Positions 8,393-19,970 of a stretch of DNA of 40,250 bases are shown piece after piece. The stretch lies in the NCBI GenBank assembly GCA_964249945.1, contig CAXUEN010000001.1:309-40558 (forward strand). The letters are read 5' to 3'. The notes beneath the pieces were generated by a model. It was not told the DNA's origin, searched no databases, and saw only the letters and a program-made list of their open reading frames with translations. Source of the DNA: an uncultured Caulobacteraceae bacterium (GTDB lineage Bacteria; Pseudomonadota; Alphaproteobacteria; Caulobacterales; Caulobacteraceae). The first letter of the stretch is position 1. Each line of letters begins with the position of its first letter. Both the position numbers and the translations under genes were made by a program.

Positions 8393-9520
8393 ATGACCTA
8401 CGCCATGGGCATGACCGACAGCGTGGCCACCATACAGGCCGCCCTGGACGCCGCCGCGGCCAAGGGCGCCGTCTTCACGCTTCCCGCGGGGGGTTACCGG
8501 CTGGCGAGCACGGGCCTGGGCTATGGGAACAACGCCAGGATCGTCATGGTCGGCGACCTCTACAACGATCACGGTCCCCAGGTCGGCACCCTCTACTGCC
8601 TGACCAACCGCTCCCGCGGCCGGCTGTCCAACCTGGCGATCTCGGGCCGGGGCGGAGCGTTCGTCGGCGCTTCCTCCTCGCCCAACGGCGCGACGCGCAA
8701 GGGCCTGGGCGTCGTCGATACCGACGGATTTGCGATCAAGGACGTGCGCACGCGCGGACCCCTGACCGGGTTCGGCCTGGAGGTGAAGAACGCCACCCAC
8801 GGTTCGCTAGAGCGGCTGCAGCTCATGTCGGGCGCCAACGTGCCGGGCGCCGACGGCCTGCATTTCTTCGGGGCCTGTTCGAAGATCATGGGCGCGGGAA
8901 TCGAGATATCCAGCGGTGACGACGCCGTTTCGTTCACCTGCGAGAACCAGGAGTCGCTCAACGCGACCATGCGGGGGATAAGCCTGCAGGCCCTGACCCT
9001 GAACAGCGCCGCCTTCTCCTGCATCAAGCTGTTCACCAGCAAAACCACAGGACGCGCCAGGATCAGCGGCATACGCCTGGCCCACATCAAGGGCCGCATC
9101 ACCCAGGGGCCGACCGGCTGCCCGTTGATGATGCAGAACACCGGCGCGGCCCAGGGCTGCGTGATCGAGGACGTCGCCATCGACGACGCCGACCTGGACT
9201 TCGGCGCAGCGACCCTTGATGGGCCGACCGCCTATCTGACCGACATCGCCAACGTCCGGCTGACCGGGATGACGCTGCGGGGCCGCCGCAACGGCCAGTT
9301 CTTCCGCGCCGTGCGGTGTCGGGGGCTGGTCCTCCGGGGCGAGGCCTGGGAGACGATCCCGGGATCGTCGGCCGGCGACATGGTGCAGCTGGAGCGATGC
9401 GGCGATTACATCATCGACCTGGTCGTGCGATCGGCGACGGGCGCGCGAATCGGCTCGATCCGCGCGTCCAGCATCGGCACGGACCAGGGGACGCGGTATC
9501 TCGGACTTACCGGCGCCTGA
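8393..9520 (+). CDS. Right-handed beta-helix protein, pectin-lyase fold / GH28-like (copy B)
   Basis: Same length (375 aa) as 6051-7178 and colinear with it; same GADG, SGDD and CIK motifs. Confidence 0.8.
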   Translation: MTYAMGMTDSVATIQAALDAAAAKGAVFTLPAGGYRLASTGLGYGNNARIVMVGDLYNDHGPQVGTLYCLTNRSRGRLSNLAISGRGGAFVGASSSPNGATRKGLGVVDTDGFAIKDVRTRGPLTGFGLEVKNATHGSLERLQLMSGANVPGADGLHFFGACSKIMGAGIEISSGDDAVSFTCENQESLNATMRGISLQALTLNSAAFSCIKLFTSKTTGRARISGIRLAHIKGRITQGPTGCPLMMQNTGAAQGCVIEDVAIDDADLDFGAATLDGPTAYLTDIANVRLTGMTLRGRRNGQFFRAVRCRGLVLRGEAWETIPGSSAGDMVQLERCGDYIIDLVVRSATGARIGSIRASSIGTDQGTRYLGLTGA

Positions 9521-9664
9521 GCGGGCGATGCGTCGGAACCGCCGGCGTCAGACCACGACGGCGCGAAAGCGCGGCTTGGGCGCTGGCGAGCAGGCTCCTC
9601 AGCGGCGGAAACCCGCTGCAGCCTCGAACCGCCGTCGCAAACCCAGGCCCATGGGCTCAGCCGT

Positions 9665-10387
9665 TCAACCGGCCGGCCGATCGCCGTCGATCCATACGCC
9701 AGAGAGGACCAGGCCGTGGACGATGCGCCAGCGGCCCGAGCAGCGCGGCCATGGTTCCGGTTCACCGGCCTCTCGGCTCGGGTCGACCGTAAACGCCCCG
9801 CCTTGCGGTGTCTGGACTCGCGCAAAGGATACGGTCGCGGCGTCGAAGTTCAGGAAGCGCCGGGTCAGAGGGTACTGGCACTTGTAGAAGGCTTCCTTGA
9901 TGCTGAAGATCACCTTGGGCCACGCGACCGCCTGCAGGCCCGTCCCGTCGGCGAAGGCCGGGTAGTCGGCCGCACTGCAGACCAGACGCTCGACGCCAGG
10001 CGTCAGGGGCTCGGCGGACTCCGCATCCAGGCCCAGGCGCTTGGAGCGAAGCCAAAGTTGGAGTGCCAACACGGCGGCGCAGAAGTCGTCGGTGTGGGTG
10101 ATGCTGCCCACGAACCCCTCCGGCCAGACCGGCGCGCGACCGGGGCCGACCGGCAGGGCCACCGCCGGTCCGCCGAGCTTGCTCAGGGCATGGCGCGCGC
10201 TGGCGCGTCCGGCGGCGAACTCGCTGCGCCGCGCAGCCCGGGCCTTCGCGACGGCGTCCCACTCCTCGGGGAACAGCGGGGCCTCGTGCATCGTGTCGTC
10301 GGCGACGCAGGCGGACACCGGCATGGGGAAGAGGCCGGCTATGTCGGCCGCCTTGACCCCCACGGCGGTCGAAAGCGCGGTCAGCAA
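9665..10387 (-). CDS. 4'-phosphopantetheinyl transferase, EntD-like
   Basis: Motifs RRSEFAAGR, RAPVWPEGFVGSITH, GLDAE and FSIKEAFYK. The TTG start overlaps the stop of the upstream Crp gene. Confidence 0.92.
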   Translation of the reverse strand: MLTALSTAVGVKAADIAGLFPMPVSACVADDTMHEAPLFPEEWDAVAKARAARRSEFAAGRASARHALSKLGGPAVALPVGPGRAPVWPEGFVGSITHTDDFCAAVLALQLWLRSKRLGLDAESAEPLTPGVERLVCSAADYPAFADGTGLQAVAWPKVIFSIKEAFYKCQYPLTRRFLNFDAATVSFARVQTPQGGAFTVDPSREAGEPEPWPRCSGRWRIVHGLVLSGVWIDGDRPAG

Positions 10388-11175
10388 AGCGTCGCCACCC
10401 AGGGCGCGCGCTTCGGTGCGTCTTCAGGAGAGGCGTCCATGTCGGGCAGTGGCACGAACTCGGTGATCATCTTCAGCCGTTCAGGCTCCATGATGGTGAC
10501 GAAGCCGCCCTTCACGTCCGCCAGGCGCTCGCGCCGCAGTTGCTGGATGATTCGGTTGACATGGACGATGCTCATGCCCAGCACGTCGCTCAGCAACTCC
10601 TGCGTGAGCGGCATCGGAAATCGATCGCCCTCGGATACGCCGGCCATGCCCAGGCGGTGCTGCAGGTCCAGCAGCCAATGGCCCAGGCGTTCCACCGCGG
10701 TCCGCCGGCCCAGACGCACCACCTGTTCGGCCAGCTGCGCCTCTTCGATATGCCCAGCCAGCGTCAAGGCCTTGCGCAGCTGCACGTGACCGCCGGTATT
10801 CCGATCCAGCGCTTCCAGAAGAGGCGTCAGGTCGCAGAGCTGCGAGCTGACGAGCGCGACCGTCGTCTTGGCGATGAAGGGGTTCGGGTGGGCCCCGACC
10901 AGCTCGCCTGGCACCATGGTGCTGATCACCTGGCGCCTGCCGTCGGCGAAGAGATTGAGACGGCCTACCCAGCCTGAGACGACGAAACTGCGCCTGGACC
11001 GCTTCTGGTCCGGCAGCGGGACCCCGCCGGGAATCTCGCGGGTTCTGGAGGGGGACGTCGATTGGATCAGGTCGAAATCGTCTCCGTCCAACTTGGCCAG
11101 ACTCGAAAGTTTGTGACTTAGGACTCTTGTGCTGAGACTAGGCTTGCTTCGAAGATTCTCACTGCATGACAGCAT
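10381..11175 (-). CDS. Crp/Fnr family transcriptional regulator
   Basis: cNMP-like domain (DGRRQVI...PGE), LGRRTAVERLGH helix and HTH PLTQELLSDVLGMSIVHVNRIIQQLR; no Fnr Cys cluster. Confidence 0.9.
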   Translation of the reverse strand: MLSCSENLRSKPSLSTRVLSHKLSSLAKLDGDDFDLIQSTSPSRTREIPGGVPLPDQKRSRRSFVVSGWVGRLNLFADGRRQVISTMVPGELVGAHPNPFIAKTTVALVSSQLCDLTPLLEALDRNTGGHVQLRKALTLAGHIEEAQLAEQVVRLGRRTAVERLGHWLLDLQHRLGMAGVSEGDRFPMPLTQELLSDVLGMSIVHVNRIIQQLRRERLADVKGGFVTIMEPERLKMITEFVPLPDMDASPEDAPKRAPWVATLC

Positions 11176-11224
11176 ACGCCACCCACCTCATGCTCCGAGG
11201 GTGGCGCAATCTGATAGAAAGGAT

Positions 11225-11239
11225 ATAACCTAGGTTTAC
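11225..11239. promoter_or_regulatory. Degenerate CtrA-like box / palindrome upstream of the crp-PPTase unit
   Basis: ATAA-CCTAGGT-TTAC versus consensus TTAA-N7-TTAA (2 mismatches); contains the palindrome AACCTAGGTT. Confidence 0.25.
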
Positions 11240-11356
11240 ATACGTCACATTTCGAAGCCAAAGGCGCCCCCGAGGGAGTGATCCGATGAGGGCGCCGTCC
11301 CTGCATTGCTGATCTTTTTCTTTTCGGATCAGCCGCCACTCGCCCCGGCAGCGCCA

Positions 11357-12532
11357 TCACGCCAGGCTTCCGATCTCGGTGAGCAGATGGGTGGCGGCTG
11401 CACGCCAGGTGAACCGCGCCGCTCGGCGATAGCCCGCCAACCTCTTGAATTGTCTAAGCTCCGGCAGAGTCTTCAGCGACATGATCTGCTCCACCCAGTC
11501 TTCTGGGGAGAAGATATCCGCATACAGGATCGCATCGCGGCAGACTTCCGGGATGGCGCCGGCGGGGGCGGCTACGACAGGGCAGCCGCAGAGCATCGCC
11601 TCGACGGGCGGCAGGCCGAAGCCTTCCGTGCGGGACGGGAACAGCAGGCAGAGGGCGGATTCGTAAAGGGCGCGCAGTTCGCAGTCATCGACGGCGCCTG
11701 CGAAGATGGCGGCCACCGGCGGCCGCAGGCCCGCCGCCTCCAGGCTCGCCCGCGTCGCCCCCAGCACCACCAGCTGCACAGCCGGAAGGGCCCGCTCGAA
11801 GGCTTGGAACACCACCTGGACGTTCTTGTAGACGGCGCCGGAGCCGAACACCAAGGCGTAGGATCGATCGCTGAGGCCGAGGCGATCCAGCACGCCGGCG
11901 TCCGGCTTCACGTCGAGGATGTGATCGGCTCCATTGTAGATCACCACGGTCTTGTCGTGCTGCGACACCTTGAATGCGGCCAGGCTGTCGCGCGCATATT
12001 CAGAGACAGTCAGCACCCGGTGACTGGTCGAGGCGATCAAGGGGGTCAGGAGCTTGTAGCCGAGCTGGAAACGGCGCGGAAACGACTCTGGAGAGATCAG
12101 GAACTGGGCGTCATGAATCATCGACAGTTTCCGTCGATGCGCCAGCGGCGCCAAATTGGCGAGATTGACCAGCACCCCGCCGGCGGCCCGCCAGGGCAGC
12201 ACCACTTGCTCCCAAGCCTGGTGATGGCCAAACCGCTGTCCAACCTTGCGGATGCGGGCAAGTGGAGGCGCCCAGTTGAGCCTGCGCGGAAGCAGCAGCC
12301 GCAGGTCGAGATGGGGAAACTCGTCGGTGGCCGCCAGGATGTCCAACGCCTGCACGAGCCTGTCCGCGGTGCGGTGGACGCCATTCAGCACGCCGATGTA
12401 GAACTTGCCGTTGATGTAGATGGTGCGCTTGCGCGAGGTCGGCGCGTGCGCGGCGATGGTGATGCCGGCGACCGGCTCGCCAGGCCTGTGCCGAACGAGC
12501 AATTCAGGTCTTGCGACCAGTTCCGACGACAT
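11357..12532 (-). CDS. Glycosyltransferase family 4 (MtfB/WbpY-like)
   Basis: Motifs IHDAQF, TVSEYAR, YKN and FPSRTEGFGLPPVEAMLCGCPV. Confidence 0.92.
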   Translation of the reverse strand: MSSELVARPELLVRHRPGEPVAGITIAAHAPTSRKRTIYINGKFYIGVLNGVHRTADRLVQALDILAATDEFPHLDLRLLLPRRLNWAPPLARIRKVGQRFGHHQAWEQVVLPWRAAGGVLVNLANLAPLAHRRKLSMIHDAQFLISPESFPRRFQLGYKLLTPLIASTSHRVLTVSEYARDSLAAFKVSQHDKTVVIYNGADHILDVKPDAGVLDRLGLSDRSYALVFGSGAVYKNVQVVFQAFERALPAVQLVVLGATRASLEAAGLRPPVAAIFAGAVDDCELRALYESALCLLFPSRTEGFGLPPVEAMLCGCPVVAAPAGAIPEVCRDAILYADIFSPEDWVEQIMSLKTLPELRQFKRLAGYRRAARFTWRAAATHLLTEIGSLA

Positions 12533-12683
12533 AGATGATCACCTGACGTGAAGCTTTCGCTTCGATGGTCCCGTATCGCCTGAACACTGTCCGTAAACGG
12601 CAACAATTGTGGGGGTAAAATGCGGTTGATCGGGAACGCAAAACCTAACAATTCATGCCGTTGCAACATGGGGCCTTAAAGAT

Positions 12684-15245
<2,562 letters not shown>

Positions 15246-15320
15246 CGCGAGCGATCGAGCCTGGGCCGTCAGCAACGCCTTGCTGGTTTGAGCGGGTCTG
15301 CTGGGCCTCGTGCACGCGGG

Positions 15321-15456
15321 ATCGTGATGCGCGTGAACCGCATCCTGCAGGCGCTGCGGAAAAAGCGGTTGGTCAGCTTCAAGGGCCGGCGACCCTGATC
15401 CCGAACTTCGAGCGGTGGAAGGAGAAGGCCGGGTTCAATGCGAAGGACTTGCACCC
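15321..15456 (+). pseudogene. Relic of the C-terminal HTH region of a second Crp/Fnr regulator
   Basis: Reads IVMRVNRILQALRKKRLVSFKGRR, then after a frameshift TLIPNFERWKEKAGFNAKDLHP. This matches the Crp tail pattern VHVNRxLQxLR..LI...G..LTI.D.E.L...AGF...YLH. Confidence 0.65.
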
Positions 15457-16748
15457 GGGTTCGCCGCTATGAGGTGGAGGCTGGAACGTTTCATCGGTTG
15501 GGGTCGCGCGGTTCGGGGACCCACGTCCAGGCTCCAAAGCTCGGAGGTGGTGTCGAGGATGCGGCGTCCATGAAGGCCGGGATCGAGGAAGCTGCGAACG
15601 GCGTGCGCTGCGGTGGGCGGGGTCTGGAGGCGGGCGTCCGGCGCTCGCAGCAGGCCTTCAAGCGCCGCGTCGAGGGCGTGGGGCTGACCGGGGTCGAACA
15701 CCGCGCCCCCTCCGAAACGCGCGACCAGCTCCGACGCGCCGGCGCGGCTGGACACCAGCACCGGCCTGCCCTGGGCCATGGCCTCGGCCACCACGAGGCC
15801 CCAGGTCTCCGGCCAGCGGGACGGGAGAGCCACGACCCGGCAATGCTGCATGAGGGCGAGCGCCTCTGCGTGCCCGGCCCAGTCGATCACCGCGCCGGGG
15901 CCGAGCCTCTCGACGATCGATGCTTCAAGCGAGCCGCTGCCCACGAAGACGGCGCGCCGCCCGCTCCGCTGGACGGCCTCGCAGAGGTCCATGACGCCCT
16001 TCTCCGGCTCCAGCCGGCCGAAATAGCCGACGTCGTACACGGGGGCCCGTTCAGCCTGGATGAGCCCGGTGAGAAGGGCGTCCGGAAGGGGATTGTGGAC
16101 CAGACGGTGGGTCTCTTCGGGCAGCAGCTCGCGCGCCATCGTCCGGCTGACTTCGGAGATGTGCAGGAAGGCGCGTCGCGACGGTGGACCGCTCATCATC
16201 AGGCTCTTCACAGCCTGCCGCGCCACGCGCCCCAGCTTGTGGGCGTAGCCCGAACGATCGCAGGCGCAAGCTATACAGCCCATCCCCATGGGCTTTAAGT
16301 CGCAGGGCTGCTGCGTGCGAAAGTTATAATAGGCTCCGTTCGGACAGAACCAAAAGTAATCGTGCATGTATATCAGCAGCTTGAAAGGCGAGAGCAGGGC
16401 GATGACCGACGGCGACAGCCAACGTGTCCACTGATGCAGCACGATGACGGTGGTGGCCGGATCGAGATCGTTCAGCAGGGGAGCGAGCGCCCGCCGGGCG
16501 GCGGGATTGTAGATCGCCTTCAGCCCGGCGCCCTTGACGCCCGAACGGAGGTCCTCGCCGTCCATCAGGGTCACGTCAGGCCGCTGAGCGACGTCGTTCG
16601 GAGTGAAGTAGCCGCTGACCAGCTGTACACGGGCGCCCATGCCGGCCAGGATTTCGAAGCTGTTCAGCGCGGCGATCCCGGCCCCGCCCGTCGCCGCCCC
16701 GCCCGCGCCGAAGTAATCCGACAGGAAGACGAGGCGGCCCTGCCTCAT
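15435..16748 (-). CDS. Glycosyltransferase family 4
   Basis: Motifs HDY..CP, GRLEPEKG and PSRWPETWGLVVAEAMAQGRPV. Confidence 0.9.
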   Translation of the reverse strand: MRQGRLVFLSDYFGAGGAATGGAGIAALNSFEILAGMGARVQLVSGYFTPNDVAQRPDVTLMDGEDLRSGVKGAGLKAIYNPAARRALAPLLNDLDPATTVIVLHQWTRWLSPSVIALLSPFKLLIYMHDYFWFCPNGAYYNFRTQQPCDLKPMGMGCIACACDRSGYAHKLGRVARQAVKSLMMSGPPSRRAFLHISEVSRTMARELLPEETHRLVHNPLPDALLTGLIQAERAPVYDVGYFGRLEPEKGVMDLCEAVQRSGRRAVFVGSGSLEASIVERLGPGAVIDWAGHAEALALMQHCRVVALPSRWPETWGLVVAEAMAQGRPVLVSSRAGASELVARFGGGAVFDPGQPHALDAALEGLLRAPDARLQTPPTAAHAVRSFLDPGLHGRRILDTTSELWSLDVGPRTARPQPMKRSSLHLIAANPGASPSH

Positions 16749-17896
16749 CAGCCCTGCGGCGCCAAGGGGCGCGCCATCGCCTGCTCGACCTGGATGTCGG
16801 CGGACGCCGCGGCCGGCTGGCGCTTGCGGAAGAGCTGGGAGTAGAGGCTCAGCAGCGAGTCGTTCATCCGTTTGGCCATGAAGCCGGCCAGATAACGCTC
16901 ACGGCCTTTCTCGCCCATCGCCCGGAGCGTCTGGGCGTCGTCCGTCAGCAGGGCGGCCCTGAGCGCCTCCGCCGAGTCCGGAGGAACCAGCCGGCCGGTA
17001 ACGCCGTCCTCCACGAGTTCGCGGAGCCCGCCCACGCAGGAGGCGATGACCGGCTTGCCGGCGCGCATGGCCTCCGCGGCGACCAAGCCAAAGCCTTCCC
17101 AGCGCGAGGGCACGACCACGACGTCGGCCGCCTGGAGTTGGGCGGCGGTGGCTGTGGGAGGGTCGAGCCAGCCTAGCATCTCCACGTTCGGCGGATGCTT
17201 GATGGCCAGACTGTCGGCCACCGACGCCCCCGCTACCCGCACGCAGACCCGGTCCTGAAGCGGGGCGACGGCGGCGAGCAGCACGTCGACGCCCTTCTGC
17301 CGGTCGAGCCGCCCCACGAACAGCACCTTCAGCCGCGTGTCGTCCCAGGACGCGGGCGCCGTGGGCGGCGCCTCGGGTATGCCGCTGGTCACCAGGCGCA
17401 CCTTACGCGGCTCGATGCCGATCCTATGCGCCTCCTCAGCCTCGAAGCGTGAGATGGCGATGACGCAGTCGCAGGCGCTGGCCATGGCCCGCTCCGCCAT
17501 GGCCATCGCGCTCATCTTCCAGGCCGCCGCCTCGACGTTGAAGGACCAGCCATGCGGGCAGTAGACGATGGCGGGTCGCTTGCGCCGCATTCCATACATG
17601 GCGCGCACCACCAGCCCGGCGAAAGTGGAGTGGGTGTGGATCACCTCGGGCTGGAAGCTCTCCACTTCCCGGGCGACCGCCTGGGCCATCGCCCTCAGGC
17701 TGGCCACGGTGCGGCCAGGCCGGTCGAAGGTCGCCACGACGCCATCGGGCAGGGGACCGATCTGGTCGCGGTGCTGGGCCGGCGCGACCAGCCTCACATT
17801 GGATCGTCCGAGCGCCGACACCTGGTAGGGCAGAGAGTAGGCCAGGTAGCTGCCGACGCCGCCCTTGGCCGACTCTGCGACGTGCAATATCCTCAT
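16748..17896 (-). CDS. Glycosyltransferase family 4
   Basis: Starts MRILHVAESAKGGV; motifs VGRLDRQKG and PSRWEGFGLVAAEAMRAGKPV; its stop overlaps the next ATG. Confidence 0.92.
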   Translation of the reverse strand: MRILHVAESAKGGVGSYLAYSLPYQVSALGRSNVRLVAPAQHRDQIGPLPDGVVATFDRPGRTVASLRAMAQAVAREVESFQPEVIHTHSTFAGLVVRAMYGMRRKRPAIVYCPHGWSFNVEAAAWKMSAMAMAERAMASACDCVIAISRFEAEEAHRIGIEPRKVRLVTSGIPEAPPTAPASWDDTRLKVLFVGRLDRQKGVDVLLAAVAPLQDRVCVRVAGASVADSLAIKHPPNVEMLGWLDPPTATAAQLQAADVVVVPSRWEGFGLVAAEAMRAGKPVIASCVGGLRELVEDGVTGRLVPPDSAEALRAALLTDDAQTLRAMGEKGRERYLAGFMAKRMNDSLLSLYSQLFRKRQPAAASADIQVEQAMARPLAPQG

Positions 17897-17978
17897 AATA
17901 GTTCCAGGCCTGACGCGGGTCACTCATCCATAATGTGCGCCTTCCCCGGCCACGCCGCCATTTCAGTTGGTCCAGTCA

Positions 17979-17993
17979 TTTACGCACTGTTAA
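17979..17993. promoter_or_regulatory. CtrA-like binding site in the divergent GT4/acyltransferase promoter
   Basis: TTTA-CGCACTG-TTAA (minus strand TTAACAGTGCGTAAA): one mismatch to TTAA-N7-TTAA, in a GC-rich genome. Confidence 0.4.
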
Positions 17994-18069
17994 GGATGCA
18001 CCATCGGAAGCTTCGTTTGAGACCTTCAAATGACGTTGGCGGCTAGACTATTTACGTCTGAATAGGTTG

Positions 18070-19251
18070 ATGGCGGCGGCGACAGCGAACCCCAAATCCG
18101 CGGTCCGGATCGACATGGTGCAGGTGCTGCGCTCGGTCGCGGCGTCCATGGTGGTGTTCAGCCACAGCCAGGCTGCGGTCGCCGGGCTGGAGCGCGCCCG
18201 GCACGGGTCGTTCGTCCGCTTCACCCTGCTGCCCTGGGGCGGCAGCGTGGACCTGTTCTTCGTCATCTCCGGCTTCATAATGGTCTACGCCTCGCAGCGG
18301 CTGTTCGCGGCGCCGGGCGGCACGGTGGAGTTCCTGCGCCGCCGGCTGGTGCGGGTGGCGCCGCTCTACTGGGTGTGCATGAGCGCCTATCTGGCCATCA
18401 TCCTGCTCGCCCACGCCAAGGGCGACCCGAAGACCTTCAGCCTGCCGGCTATCGCGGCCTCCTACGTTTTCCTGCCGTTCAGAAGTCTCGGGGCTCACGG
18501 CGGCACCTTCCCGCTGTTCGACCTCGGCTGGACCCTGAACTACGAGATGTTCTTCTACGTGCTGTTCGCCCTGACCATGGGACTGCGCCGGGGCAGAGCG
18601 GTCGTGGCGGTACTGGCGATGCTTGTGGCCATGACCCTCGTAGGCGTCGTCCTGAAGCCCACGGGAGCGGCGCTGCAGTTCTGGACCCAGCCCATCGTGC
18701 TGGACTTCGGGCTGGGCGTGCTGGTGGCGAACCTGCGGTGTTCGGGCGTGCGCTGGCCGACGGCTCTGCGCTGGACCCTGGCGATCCTGGGCGTGGCGGC
18801 CTTCTGTGTGGATCCGCTGAAGCTGTTCTCCGGACCCATCGGGACTACCGCATCCAACGGCTTGCCGCGGATACTGACGTCCGGGCTGCCCGTGGCGGCG
18901 GTGATCGCCGCCGTCGTGCTCGGGCGAGACGTGGTGTGGCGGCCTCTCGCGCCGCTGGTGGCGCTCGGCAACGCGTCCTACTCGCTCTACCTCGTGCATC
19001 CCTTCGTGCTGATCCTGGTCGAGAAGGTGGCGATCAAGACCGGCCTGGTCGCCCATGTCGGACCGTGGCCGATCGCAGCCGCCGCGCTCGTGCTCAGCGT
19101 CGCCGCGGCCTTCGCCTCCTTCCATCTGCTGGAGGAGCCGCTCACCCGGGTCGCTCTGCGGGTCACCCGGCGGCCCGGACGAAGCGATCCCACGCCCGTG
19201 GTCGCCTCGCCGGCCGCGCCGTTCCCGTCTCCGCTCAAGGCCGCCCCATGA
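18070..19251 (+). CDS. Membrane acyltransferase family 3, ExoZ-like
   Basis: Motifs QVLRSVAA..VV..H, VDLFFVISGFIM, FLRRRLVRVAPLYW, GWTLNYEMFFY and LGNASYSLYLVH. Confidence 0.92.
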   Translation: MAAATANPKSAVRIDMVQVLRSVAASMVVFSHSQAAVAGLERARHGSFVRFTLLPWGGSVDLFFVISGFIMVYASQRLFAAPGGTVEFLRRRLVRVAPLYWVCMSAYLAIILLAHAKGDPKTFSLPAIAASYVFLPFRSLGAHGGTFPLFDLGWTLNYEMFFYVLFALTMGLRRGRAVVAVLAMLVAMTLVGVVLKPTGAALQFWTQPIVLDFGLGVLVANLRCSGVRWPTALRWTLAILGVAAFCVDPLKLFSGPIGTTASNGLPRILTSGLPVAAVIAAVVLGRDVVWRPLAPLVALGNASYSLYLVHPFVLILVEKVAIKTGLVAHVGPWPIAAAALVLSVAAAFASFHLLEEPLTRVALRVTRRPGRSDPTPVVASPAAPFPSPLKAAP

Positions 19252-19946
19252 AGACCGCCGTCCGTGACCTGCTCGGCCCCCGCAGCCCAGACGCCGCCTT
19301 ACTGGCCGTGCCCGGCCTGGAGAGCAGCTATCGCCACCTGTTCCTGCGCGAGCTGGAGCGGCTGGAGCTGGAGGACGATTACTTCCCCGTGGGCGGTGCG
19401 GCCAATTACAGCCTGCTCTACCTGATCCAGCGGATCGCTCTCAGCTTCAGGCCGAAGCGCGTGCTGGACGTCGGCTGCGGCCAGACCACCCGGCTATGGG
19501 ACCGGCTGCGCGGCAAGGGCTTGGTCGAAGACATCGTCACATTGGAGAACGACGCCGGCTGGGCGCAGCAGATCGGCTCAGGCGTCGACCACGACATCCT
19601 GGTGTCCAAGCTAGAACCCGCCGTGATCGCGGGCGGGGTGGTGGAGACCTACGACTGGGGCATGGCGCGCGCCTTGGGCCCGTTCGACGTCATCGGCGTG
19701 GACGGGCCGCTGGGCACCCCGCGCCGCTCGCGCGCCGGGGTGCTGTCGCTGCTGGACGAGCAGCTGCCGCAGGATTTCATCCTGTTCATGGACGACTGCG
19801 AACGCCCAGGCGAGCAGGAAACCCTGGGCCTGATCCACGACCGCCTCACCGCCATGGGCCGCGACTACGCCGCCGGGGCTATCCAGGCCGCCAAGAGCCA
19901 GGTGGTGTTCGCCGCCGGCGCCTACCGCGGTGCGGTCTACTTCTAA
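19248..19946 (+). CDS. Class I SAM-dependent methyltransferase-like protein
   Basis: ATGA overlap with the acyltransferase stop; motifs RVLDVGCGQTT, TLEND.GW, DVIGVDGP and FMDDCERPGE. Confidence 0.72.
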   Translation: MKTAVRDLLGPRSPDAALLAVPGLESSYRHLFLRELERLELEDDYFPVGGAANYSLLYLIQRIALSFRPKRVLDVGCGQTTRLWDRLRGKGLVEDIVTLENDAGWAQQIGSGVDHDILVSKLEPAVIAGGVVETYDWGMARALGPFDVIGVDGPLGTPRRSRAGVLSLLDEQLPQDFILFMDDCERPGEQETLGLIHDRLTAMGRDYAAGAIQAAKSQVVFAAGAYRGAVYF

Positions 19947-19970
19947 ATAGACGGCATGACCAAAACCGTC

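Noticed and set aside
6051-9520. Inverted paralogs as an invertible (phase-variable) segment or transposon ends
   Set aside because: The copies are substantially diverged at the DNA level, and no recombinase or transposase is present in the window.
18375-19247. Long N-terminal extensions of the methyltransferase (18375), wzy-like (21465), GT4 (22739) and DUF427 (33933) ORFs
   Set aside because: They overlap neighbouring genes; downstream starts with stop-start coupling or an RBS fit better.
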